The position numbers were made by a program, and so were the translations under genes. 20,000 nt of DNA from an uncultured virus (IMG/VR IMGVR_UViG_3300010370_000033). Its lineage: Duplodnaviria > Heunggongvirae > Uroviricota > Caudoviricetes. The notes below the pieces were generated by a model. It worked only from the letters and a program-made list of their open reading frames with translations, had not been told where the DNA came from and made no database searches. The stretch is taken from the IMG/VR virus record IMGVR_UViG_3300010370_000033. One strand, given 5' to 3'. Positions 13,759-20,000 of the stretch are shown here, in pieces (position 1 is the stretch's first letter; the number at the start of each line of letters is the position of its first letter).

Positions 13759-14937
13759 TCATTTTTCAATCACACAATCCATTAGATCTCCTCGTTCAAA
13801 TACAGTTTCAACCACTGTATTTACTGATTTCTCAGTTGCAATTCCAGTCTTAGAATACACAGGAACCACACACAATCCGAAAAGTTTTGATGGATCTCCT
13901 TTACGCACAATTCTTCCAACGGTTTGAACCATTTCAATGGTATTCATATTCCGAAGAAAGATACAACAGTCTAAATTTCCACAATCCAATCCTTCACTCA
14001 TTATGGATCTGTGAATCAAAACAAACTTCTTATCTGGAATCTCATTCCATTCTTTCAAAGTCTCAAGAAACTTATGGCGATTCACTCGTTTTCCATTCAC
14101 GACAGCTCCAGTCTTACTTGTAATATAAAGATAAGAATATCCAAGATTCTCAAGTTCTTCAATAAAGTTAGTTTGAGAAATCAGATTCGTAAGTTGTTTT
14201 GTTGTTTTTACACAGATTAGAATCTTACTTTTTTGAATGTCCTCAAGAGTATTCAAAACATTTCTTTTATCTCGTTCTGCTGTGATTTCGTTATTTTTTA
14301 GAATCTCAAATTGCTTACTTTGAACCTTAGGAGAAAGAATATGACCACTTGCAATCAGTTCTGGTACAGTCACGCGACAAATGATTTCTCCATAAACCTC
14401 CACATCATTCATTCCAGGTTTGGCAATCGTATTTGAAGTCTTACGAGTTGCTGTAAAGAAATAACAGCGTTCTGCATTTGCTGAAAAGTATTCTGTAGAA
14501 GGAAAGAAGTGCATTTTGGTACTATGATGCGCTTCATCAAAATAGATCGTATTCACATCAATCTCAGACTCTTGAATCTGATGAAGAGAATGATATGTGG
14601 TGAAAATGAGTTTATGATAATTCTTATGAGTCTCCACCCATTTTTCAATTAGAAATGGATTCGTATGTGAATCATAGGGCGTTTCTCCCGTATGAACGTG
14701 CAGAATTCTCGCATTCACAATGAATTTTGTGAATTCAGAACAAAGTTGAGTTGTAAGAAGAATCTTGGGGGCAACTACTACAATGGTCTGAGAACTCTTC
14801 GTTTCAAGTTCTCGCATTGCATCTGCAATCATTGTAATTGTTTTTCCCGCACCAGTTGTTTTGATGATTTGTCCTTTTGAGTGCTGTTGCATCGCATTCA
14901 AAGCACGTTCTTGATACGGACGAAGTTGAAGCATCAT
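13759..14937 (-). CDS. Superfamily 2 DEAD/DEAH-box helicase (ResIII + Helicase_C type)
   Basis: LRPYQ (Q), TTGAGKT (I), DEAH (II), TAT (III), SEGLD (V), QTVGRIVR (VI). Confidence 0.95.
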   Translation of the reverse strand: MMLQLRPYQERALNAMQQHSKGQIIKTTGAGKTITMIADAMRELETKSSQTIVVVAPKILLTTQLCSEFTKFIVNARILHVHTGETPYDSHTNPFLIEKWVETHKNYHKLIFTTYHSLHQIQESEIDVNTIYFDEAHHSTKMHFFPSTEYFSANAERCYFFTATRKTSNTIAKPGMNDVEVYGEIICRVTVPELIASGHILSPKVQSKQFEILKNNEITAERDKRNVLNTLEDIQKSKILICVKTTKQLTNLISQTNFIEELENLGYSYLYITSKTGAVVNGKRVNRHKFLETLKEWNEIPDKKFVLIHRSIMSEGLDCGNLDCCIFLRNMNTIEMVQTVGRIVRKGDPSKLFGLCVVPVYSKTGIATEKSVNTVVETVFERGDLMDCVIEK

Positions 14938-14957
14938 TAAAAAAAATCAACGAAATA

Positions 14958-15017
14958 ATCTTAAACAAAAAATCCCCTTGTGTAAAGGGGATTTGTGCCA
15001 ATTCTTAAACTGTCACT
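14958..15017 (-). promoter_or_regulatory. Early promoter module 18 (palindrome 14994-15017; TTTACA/TAAGAT; hairpin 14970-14994)
   Basis: TGTGCCAAT-TCTTAA-ACTGTCACT; 10-bp stem followed by a T run, so it may double as a terminator. Confidence 0.88.
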
Positions 15018-15489
15018 TAGATTTTACTTGAGCTGGAGGAGAAGATGATGTGTTTAGAAACTTTTGAATCTCAACTCCTTTTACATATCCATAACCACCA
15101 AGAATCAGAGCGGTTGCAAGAACAATCATAAATTTACCGTGACCAGAATCATCTTGTCGTTCGGTATATTCTTCTACTGTCTGACCTACAATCAGTTGAG
15201 ATAACCAAGTACCAACTGTTCCACCAAAAAACATTGTAATGATTGGTGTATAAGTCATAAACAACCAGAAAAGAAAAGCAATTCCAATCATTCCTCCAAT
15301 TCCAGTGAAACTAATGTCATCACCAGAACTTGATGAACTTGAACTCACTTGACGTAAGTTCCTAATCGTAATTGGATTGTAAATGTGCTGAATTGCTTCT
15401 TTTGCGGTATAAGAAGCACCCGATTCAATTTCTACTGGAAAATAGCTTCCAGTATTTGTAACCTTAATCTCAGCTCGGTAGAGTGCCAT
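15013..15489 (-). CDS. Membrane protein (soluble N-domain, Ser linker, ~3 TM segments)
   Basis: Hydrophobic stretches after the poly-Ser. Confidence 0.88.
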   Translation of the reverse strand: MALYRAEIKVTNTGSYFPVEIESGASYTAKEAIQHIYNPITIRNLRQVSSSSSSSGDDISFTGIGGMIGIAFLFWLFMTYTPIITMFFGGTVGTWLSQLIVGQTVEEYTERQDDSGHGKFMIVLATALILGGYGYVKGVEIQKFLNTSSSPPAQVKSK

Positions 15490-15716
15490 CAGTTTTTGGA
15501 TTTAAGAGTCTTCAGTTGTTCAATCATCATTTGAAGTGTGGACCTTGTGTACCCTAGAGCATACGGAGCTGTTTTTTCTGTATTTTTGTAGAGCATTCGC
15601 TCTTTTTTAGAAAGATTGTAGTCAACTTTGTTGCAAACTGAAATCGCGGACTCAAGAGTTTCAATCATAGACTCAAGAGTTCCTTCAGAGATTGTGACTT
15701 GATTCATTGAATTCAA
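15489..15716 (-). CDS. Hypothetical protein
   Basis: ORF track; start may be at an internal ATG. Confidence 0.8.
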   Translation of the reverse strand: MNSMNQVTISEGTLESMIETLESAISVCNKVDYNLSKKERMLYKNTEKTAPYALGYTRSTLQMMIEQLKTLKSKN

Positions 15717-15916
15717 TACTCAGCAACAGCTTTAGCTTTAGACTTAGAAACTCGTCCTTCAGAATAGAGTTCTTTTACACGTTCTCGCCTGGTTGCAAGA
15801 AGCATTTCATATTCTTCTTGCTGACTTTCAGTGAAGTTAAAGTTTTGACGCCTCCAAGTGGCACGAAGTTCGTTTAGATGAGGCAGAACGTTGGGAATTT
15901 CAGACATTGTGTTCAC
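15713..15916 (-). CDS. Hypothetical protein
   Basis: ORF track; overlaps neighbours. Confidence 0.8.
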   Translation of the reverse strand: MNTMSEIPNVLPHLNELRATWRRQNFNFTESQQEEYEMLLATRRERVKELYSEGRVSKSKAKAVAEY

Positions 15917-16041
15917 TTACGAAGAGGGCTGTTCCAATAAGAGCGAAAGCACCAGTATAGAATAACAAATGTTGATGTTACTCCAATAAGACCCAGATAG
16001 GTTGTGGTGTCGCCAATGAATTGATAAGTTTGCAGTTCCAT
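15913..16041 (-). CDS. Small single-pass membrane protein, 42 aa (...FRSYWNSPLRK)
   Basis: Manual translation. Confidence 0.75.
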   Translation of the reverse strand: MELQTYQFIGDTTTYLGLIGVTSTFVILYWCFRSYWNSPLRK

Positions 16042-16045
16042 TGTT

Positions 16046-16183
16046 TCAATAATCAGTGTTGGATTTCAGATAGCGATAGAAGTTGCGCTCATCTTCATCT
16101 TCATCAAAGAGTTCATTATAAACATCTTCAACAAAGTCTGAAGGATAGAACTCTTCAATTTGAATGTCGTCAAAGTGATCCAT
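16046..16183 (-). CDS. Very acidic small protein, 45 aa (MDHFDDIQIEEF...)
   Basis: Manual translation; 16 D/E versus 3 K/R; first gene after module 19. Confidence 0.8.
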   Translation of the reverse strand: MDHFDDIQIEEFYPSDFVEDVYNELFDEDEDERNFYRYLKSNTDY

Positions 16184-16215
16184 AAGAGTGGTTGTGCTCT
16201 CGGATGAACAAATGT

Positions 16216-16274
16216 AATTTAAGGGATGGAAGCGAAAAGGTCAAGAGTCAATGGACAGTTGAGAAAGTGTCACT
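16216..16274 (-). promoter_or_regulatory. Early promoter module 19 (palindrome 16251-16274; TTGACC/TAAATT)
   Basis: ATGGACAGT-TGAGAA-AGTGTCACT. Confidence 0.85.
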
Positions 16275-16779
16275 CTTCACGAGTCATAATGGATTTAAGT
16301 CTAGCGAGATGTGCCGCTTCTTCTGCACCTTCTTTTCTTGATAGTTCAGAATGGACGTGTTTTCTATGTGAAGGACCAGATTTTGCTTGTTCTCTTGCCT
16401 TAAAAACATTAAATGGTTTTTGTCTCTCAAGAGGAGGTGGAATCTGCTCTAATTGAAGTTCTTCTGCTTGTTGTTCGGCTTCTTTTCTTTTTCTTTCTGC
16501 TTCTTGTCTTTGCTGTTCCTTTCTCTGCTGTTCTTGTTCTCTTTTTTGTCTTGCATCTTCCACTCTTTTTTGATATGATTGACTTAACTCATCGTGTCTT
16601 TCTTGTGCTCGTCTTTTATTTTCTAATGCTCTTCGGGTAAAATCATCAGCGGATGAGGAAGTTCTTTGCATAGCCTCTCGTCTTCTCGCAGCAAGTTTTT
16701 CTTCTGGGGAATTTAGATAAGCACGATATTGCTGAGCAAATGTGCTAGTGTCTTCTTGAAACTGCTGAAAGCTCTTCAT
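16270..16779 (-). CDS. Charged coiled-coil protein with T4-type capsid-targeting-like N-terminus (putative internal virion protein)
   Basis: MKSFQQFQE start; ATAAATA late promoter about 20 nt upstream. Confidence 0.7.
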   Translation of the reverse strand: MKSFQQFQEDTSTFAQQYRAYLNSPEEKLAARRREAMQRTSSSADDFTRRALENKRRAQERHDELSQSYQKRVEDARQKREQEQQRKEQQRQEAERKRKEAEQQAEELQLEQIPPPLERQKPFNVFKAREQAKSGPSHRKHVHSELSRKEGAEEAAHLARLKSIMTREE

Positions 16780-16799
16780 TTTAACTTACTTTTTTTGAT

Positions 16800-16817
16800 T
16801 ATTTATCCGTATAAATA
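16800..16817. promoter_or_regulatory. Back-to-back T4-type late promoters
   Basis: ATAAATA on minus (16800-16806) and TATAAATA on plus (16810-16817), each upstream of a divergent ORF. Confidence 0.8.
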
Positions 16818-16869
16818 AATCAGCCAACAATTAAGTTGGTTTTACACACAACACACCGGAGTAAAAACC

Positions 16870-17073
16870 ATGACACCTTATGAACTTCGTTTTGAAATCT
16901 TTAGACAAGCAGAACGTTTAGTAGAAACGCAATTTTCATCGGAAATGGAAATTGCTCAGCGATGGAATGACAATCTAGACAATACTATAAAAATGGACTA
17001 TCCAAAGTTTCCTTCATTTGAAGAAATCGAGAAATTAGCAAACAAAATTAATGAATTTGTGAGTTCAAAATAA
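16870..17073 (+). CDS. Hypothetical T4-like phage protein (MTPYELRFEIF...P.FPS...I...A..IN.FVS)
   Basis: Late promoter, GGAG RBS and downstream terminator. Confidence 0.9.
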   Translation: MTPYELRFEIFRQAERLVETQFSSEMEIAQRWNDNLDNTIKMDYPKFPSFEEIEKLANKINEFVSSK

Positions 17074-17093
17074 GATATAATAAAATATTTTAT

Positions 17094-17116
17094 GGAGGGG
17101 AATACCCTCCTTTTTT
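17094..17116 (+). terminator. Rho-independent terminator
   Basis: GGAGGG-GAATA-CCCTCC-TTTTTT. Confidence 0.85.
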
Positions 17117-17285
17117 ATATTTTTAGTTCTGAAATCAAAGAATAATTCTTACGATAAACTAGAAGTCTTGCTGGACTTCTAGTTTTTGCACTATCTAGGG
17201 AAATGACAAGATAATTATTGCAAACAAAATCAATAATTCCTTGCATTGAAAGATAAGAAACTTTCTTTCCCTCTTCAAACATCAT
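17115..17285 (-). CDS. Small hypothetical protein, 56 aa
   Basis: Manual translation MMFEEGKKVSYLSMQGIIDFVC...RLLVY. Confidence 0.7.
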   Translation of the reverse strand: MMFEEGKKVSYLSMQGIIDFVCNNYLVISLDSAKTRSPARLLVYRKNYSLISELKI

Positions 17286-17403
17286 ACATCTTTACATAAG
17301 AAAGAAGAATAATTTGTTCTTGAAGATTCTCAATTTCTTTTTGTTGTTCTTCAATCTTAGTTTTCAGTTCAGTTACGAGTTGTTGATTTTCAGTAAGATT
17401 CAT
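17275..17403 (-). CDS. Small coiled-coil protein, 42 aa
   Basis: Manual translation MNLTENQQLVTELKTKIEEQQKEIENLQEQI. Confidence 0.7.
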   Translation of the reverse strand: MNLTENQQLVTELKTKIEEQQKEIENLQEQIILLSYVKMYDV

Positions 17404-17405
17404 TT

Positions 17406-17642
17406 TCAATCCAGAGTAAAGGTTTCTACGATACGAGACTCTTCATTTTCTAGAAGAGCAAAACGTGATGCTTTTAGAATGTTTTCACGAAGTTTTCCAT
17501 AATATTGGGTCCATTTTTCATTGTCCCATTCTGCAATTAGATCAAAACACTCTTCATCGTTTTCTGCGATTACAGTGAGCATTCCACCGTCCGAGAAACT
17601 AGCTGGAACGAAGAACTCTACGATATAAAGAAACTTTTGCAT
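17406..17642 (-). CDS. Hypothetical protein
   Basis: ORF track with GGAG RBS. Confidence 0.85.
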   Translation of the reverse strand: MQKFLYIVEFFVPASFSDGGMLTVIAENDEECFDLIAEWDNEKWTQYYGKLRENILKASRFALLENEESRIVETFTLD

Positions 17643-17657
17643 TAGACTCCTGAAATT

Positions 17658-17831
17658 TCAAGTGGTTTGTTCTTTTTGTTGTGTGTAGACTGAATCATAA
17701 AGATGATTGAGTAAATTCTGACAAAGTTCATATTCTTTGCCATCATAAAGAGTTTTGTACATTTGCCAATACCGAATGGAATTAAAAATCAGTTTTCGTT
17801 CTTCTGTGGTCACATAAATCGGTTCCTTCAT
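17658..17831 (-). CDS. Small hypothetical protein, 57 aa
   Basis: Manual translation MKEPIYVTTEERKLIFNSIRYWQM...; GGAGG RBS. Confidence 0.75.
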   Translation of the reverse strand: MKEPIYVTTEERKLIFNSIRYWQMYKTLYDGKEYELCQNLLNHLYDSVYTQQKEQTT

Positions 17832-17996
17832 TCACCCTCCTCGTTGACGAAGACTTTGAACCAGATAAGCAGTGAACCTCTCCATCATCTCTGGAATCAC
17901 TGTTTCTGGACGTTCACTAATTGCGTTCTTTAATGCAAACATTTCTTTCCATTGTTCTGATGAGAGATCTTCTTTTTTTCCTAGTGAATAAGTCAT
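17832..17996 (-). CDS. Small hypothetical protein, 54 aa
   Basis: Manual translation MTYSLGKKEDLSSEQWKEMFALKNAISERPETVIPEMMERFTAYLVQSL. Confidence 0.75.
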   Translation of the reverse strand: MTYSLGKKEDLSSEQWKEMFALKNAISERPETVIPEMMERFTAYLVQSLRQRGG

Positions 17997-18075
17997 AATT
18001 AGGTTTTAATGTTACAATAGTCTAACATATGTAGCTGAATTGTCAGCATTTCAACAAATATCATTGTAACATTTC

Positions 18076-18336
18076 TTAATTTTTATAAGAATTAAGAATT
18101 TTCAGAATCTTACGTTCGCAATCTGGAGGAAGAGTTCCTTTGTGATCCCCATTAGAAGAAAATGAGAAGGAATACACATCATCTTCTTCGTTCCAATATG
18201 AATTGTCTCGCCAATATTCATTTGGATCTTCTTGATGAAGAAACATTCCTTGATCCATATTTTTGTATTTTGTTTTTGTCACTTCATTGATTTGATTTTG
18301 AATCTTAAAGATTCGGTCAAGCAGTTCTTTAGTCAT
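18076..18336 (-). CDS. Hypothetical protein
   Basis: ORF track. Confidence 0.8.
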   Translation of the reverse strand: MTKELLDRIFKIQNQINEVTKTKYKNMDQGMFLHQEDPNEYWRDNSYWNEEDDVYSFSFSSNGDHKGTLPPDCERKILKILNSYKN

Positions 18337-18338
18337 TT

Positions 18339-18557
18339 TTAGAAGAATTTGAAGGTTCCGTTGTTGCCGTCTTTTGTTTGTTTATCCAACATATCCATTA
18401 GATTCTCAAATTTCTTCACTTGCTCAATTTCAGAAAGAATCTTAGAGAGCATAAAAATAATATTCGGAGATTCGTTAGAACTTGCTGATTTAATCGCAGC
18501 ACGAAGATGAGACTCTGATTCTAGGAGATGATCCAAAGTAGCAGAAGATAGTGCCAT
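18339..18557 (-). CDS. Hypothetical helical protein
   Basis: ORF track; TAATG overlap. Confidence 0.85.
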   Translation of the reverse strand: MALSSATLDHLLESESHLRAAIKSASSNESPNIIFMLSKILSEIEQVKKFENLMDMLDKQTKDGNNGTFKFF

Positions 18558-18826
18558 TAGTTTTTCTTTTTACGAGGTTTTCTTTTTGTGGTGACTTTAA
18601 CCTTTTTTGATGGTCTTGATGGTTCTGGTGTGGAAATTGGAGTTAGATCAATCCAATCATCTGGACGACGAAGAATGACCACTTTTTTCTTATTCAGTTT
18701 GTGTCGTTCCAAATGAGTTGTTAGATGATCTTCACAACTAAAAAAGGCCACGATTTTTCCCGATTTATCCTCATATTCTAAACGAATTGGAAATGAAGAA
18801 TATGGAAACATTGATGTGTCAATCAT
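18557..18826 (-). CDS. Hypothetical protein with basic tail
   Basis: First gene after module 20. Confidence 0.85.
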   Translation of the reverse strand: MIDTSMFPYSSFPIRLEYEDKSGKIVAFFSCEDHLTTHLERHKLNKKKVVILRRPDDWIDLTPISTPEPSRPSKKVKVTTKRKPRKKKN

Positions 18827-18838
18827 TCAAACAAAGTC

Positions 18839-18898
18839 ATTTTAACACTTTTATCTAGGTTATGCAAGTGGTGATGTGCCGGTTCGGGAAACGTCACA
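18839..18898 (-). promoter_or_regulatory. Early promoter module 20 (palindrome 18875-18898; TTGCAT/TAAAAT)
   Basis: TGTGCCGGT-TCGGGA-AACGTCACA. Confidence 0.85.
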
Positions 18899-19202
18899 AA
18901 TAAGATAATCTCTTAAGTTTTCCTTTATAAAAAGAAATATAAGCCATTCTACTTAAGAGAACTTCTTCAGTTGCATTTGGATTTCGTGTTGAGGCATAAC
19001 GAACATCCATATCACGATCCGTTGCGAGTTTCTTAAGAGTTTCTATTGAAGTGTGAGGATTTTCTGCAATCTTGTATCTTACTACCCATTCTTTGCGTTC
19101 CGAAAGAATCTCAAGAGTTTCTGGATTTTTAGTGTCCCCAGTAAGATAATCAGTAAAAAACAAAGGTAAATGATTGAGAATCAATTTCTTAAGTTTTTTC
19201 AT
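18894..19202 (-). CDS. LRV (leucine-rich repeat variant)/HEAT-like repeat protein
   Basis: Two repeats of ETL..L......VR......NP. Confidence 0.8.
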   Translation of the reverse strand: MKKLKKLILNHLPLFFTDYLTGDTKNPETLEILSERKEWVVRYKIAENPHTSIETLKKLATDRDMDVRYASTRNPNATEEVLLSRMAYISFYKGKLKRLSYL

Positions 19203-19393
19203 TTAATAAGTTTATGAAATTTACAACAAGCATTAACAAATAATTTAGTGTGTTCACCGACATAATATTTTGTCACATTTGAACTATCAAAACCAACAGA
19301 TTTTAAATCAAAAATAATATCTAGTTCATTGCAAAAATCTTCTCGGAGACATTTATTTAAGTATGAATAGATCATTTTCTTATGTGGTTTCAT
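19199..19393 (-). CDS. Hypothetical protein
   Basis: ORF track; ATGA-type overlap. Confidence 0.65.
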   Translation of the reverse strand: MKPHKKMIYSYLNKCLREDFCNELDIIFDLKSVGFDSSNVTKYYVGEHTKLFVNACCKFHKLIK

Positions 19394-19423
19394 AATGAGT
19401 CAATAGATACATTTTCGGTAAGT

Positions 19424-19603
19424 TTAATTTTTATTCGTAAGATCCTTATATTTGTCAAGAGCACTAAAAAGAAGATACAAGTCTTCTCTAATTTTGAAAT
19501 CTGGAAAAGTCAACTTCCATTTTTTCCAATAACTCCAATAAAAACGAGAAATCACTTCTTGCTCTGTTAAAACTGCACCACTCTTAAATGTATAGGTTTT
19601 CAT
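19424..19603 (-). CDS. Small hypothetical protein, 59 aa
   Basis: Manual translation MKTYTFKSGAVLTEQEVISRFYWSYWKKW... Confidence 0.65.
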   Translation of the reverse strand: MKTYTFKSGAVLTEQEVISRFYWSYWKKWKLTFPDFKIREDLYLLFSALDKYKDLTNKN

Positions 19604-19779
19604 TTTTTCTGAATCAAGTCTTCAAATTTCAAAAATGCTCTTCCTCTCAAGAGTGTTGATTCATTTGAGCGTCTATTATAAATGAGATTGAGATGAGTAG
19701 TCCAGTTAAAAGATTTTATAGAAATAGATTCTAATTCTGTTGGTGTTTTAGAACAAAATGCAGTTACATAATCATCCAT
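19600..19779 (-). CDS. Small protein, 59 aa, tandem paralog of 19772..>19999
   Basis: MDDYVTAFCSKTPTELESISIKS...ESTLLRGRAFLKFEDL. Confidence 0.7.
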   Translation of the reverse strand: MDDYVTAFCSKTPTELESISIKSFNWTTHLNLIYNRRSNESTLLRGRAFLKFEDLIQKK

Positions 19780-19999
19780 TTACTATCATCTCTTCAAATT
19801 TCAAAAATGCTTTACTTCTTAAGATTGTTGATTCGGATGAGTGTTTATTGAGAACAAGGTTATGATGAGTAGTTCTATTTAAGGATTTTATAGAAATAGA
19901 TTCTAATTCTGTTGGCGATTTAGACCAGTTTGCAGTTACATAATCATCAGTTATGGTATAGTATATAAGTTCTTTTGTAATGATATTATCATAGTCAAT
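19772..19999 (-). CDS. 5'-truncated ORF, tandem paralog of 19600..19779
   Basis: ...DDYVTANWSKSPTELESISIKS...ESTILRSKAFLKFEEM; runs off the window edge. Confidence 0.7.
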   Translation of the reverse strand: MDYDNIITKELIYYTITDDYVTANWSKSPTELESISIKSLNRTTHHNLVLNKHSSESTILRSKAFLKFEEMIVNG

Positions 20000-20000
20000 C

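Noticed and set aside
13759..14937. Helicase as UvsW or a restriction-modification subunit
   Set aside because: Only generic SF2 motifs are visible; there is no adjacent methyltransferase or nuclease domain, and I cannot assign orthology by eye.
1770..15001. Alternative-frame minus ORFs 1770..1988, 6605..6793 and 14804..15001
   Set aside because: Nested in better-supported genes on the same strand.
436..18898. Repeated palindrome as a CRISPR array
   Set aside because: Repeats are degenerate and separated by 0.3-3 kb of intact genes; no cas genes.
436..18898. Classical integron (attC sites plus IntI)
   Set aside because: No integrase in the window, no consistent RYYYAAC...GTTRRRY ends, and each unit carries its own promoter; only the architecture is analogous.
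22..19570. Plus-strand ORFs in the track other than 1026..1523 and 16870..17073
   Set aside because: They are antisense shadows of tightly packed minus-strand genes, with unnatural composition and no promoter or RBS support.
1..20000. tRNA, rRNA, transposase, reverse transcriptase or DGR template repeats
   Set aside because: No cloverleaf or T-loop signatures or relevant protein motifs seen; the 19.6-20 kb duplication differs at various bases and both copies are coding.

Overview
AT-rich window that reads as the early, host-takeover (hyperplastic) region of a large T4-like phage, most likely a cyanophage. The evidence is a cUUCGg terminator, TATAAATA late promoters, a T4-type MKxFxxFxE N-terminus and about 65 mostly tiny, tightly overlapping minus-strand ORFs. 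Recognisable products are an SF2 DEAH helicase, a stand-alone Panacea/DUF4065 (SocA-like) antitoxin domain, a NUMOD4/degenerate-HNH protein, KTSC-like and WYL_2-like small proteins, and an LRV/HEAT-like repeat protein. The dominant hidden structure is a ~60-bp module found 20 times, always in the same orientation. It consists of a 24-bp palindrome (TGTG[A/C]CA[G/C/A]T-N6-A[C/G]TG[T/G]CACA) 29-30 bp upstream of a sigma70-type -10 box, often with a sequence-variable hairpin over the -35 and GTT[C/G] at the predicted start. The stop codon of the upstream gene lies in or overlaps this palindrome in 17 of 20 copies, so the region is a chain of promoter+gene cassettes. One cassette is flanked by an identical 22-bp copy of the site. 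A repeat-rich non-coding segment at ~675-1025 looks like an iteron-type origin. All calls come from manual reading; no database searches were run.
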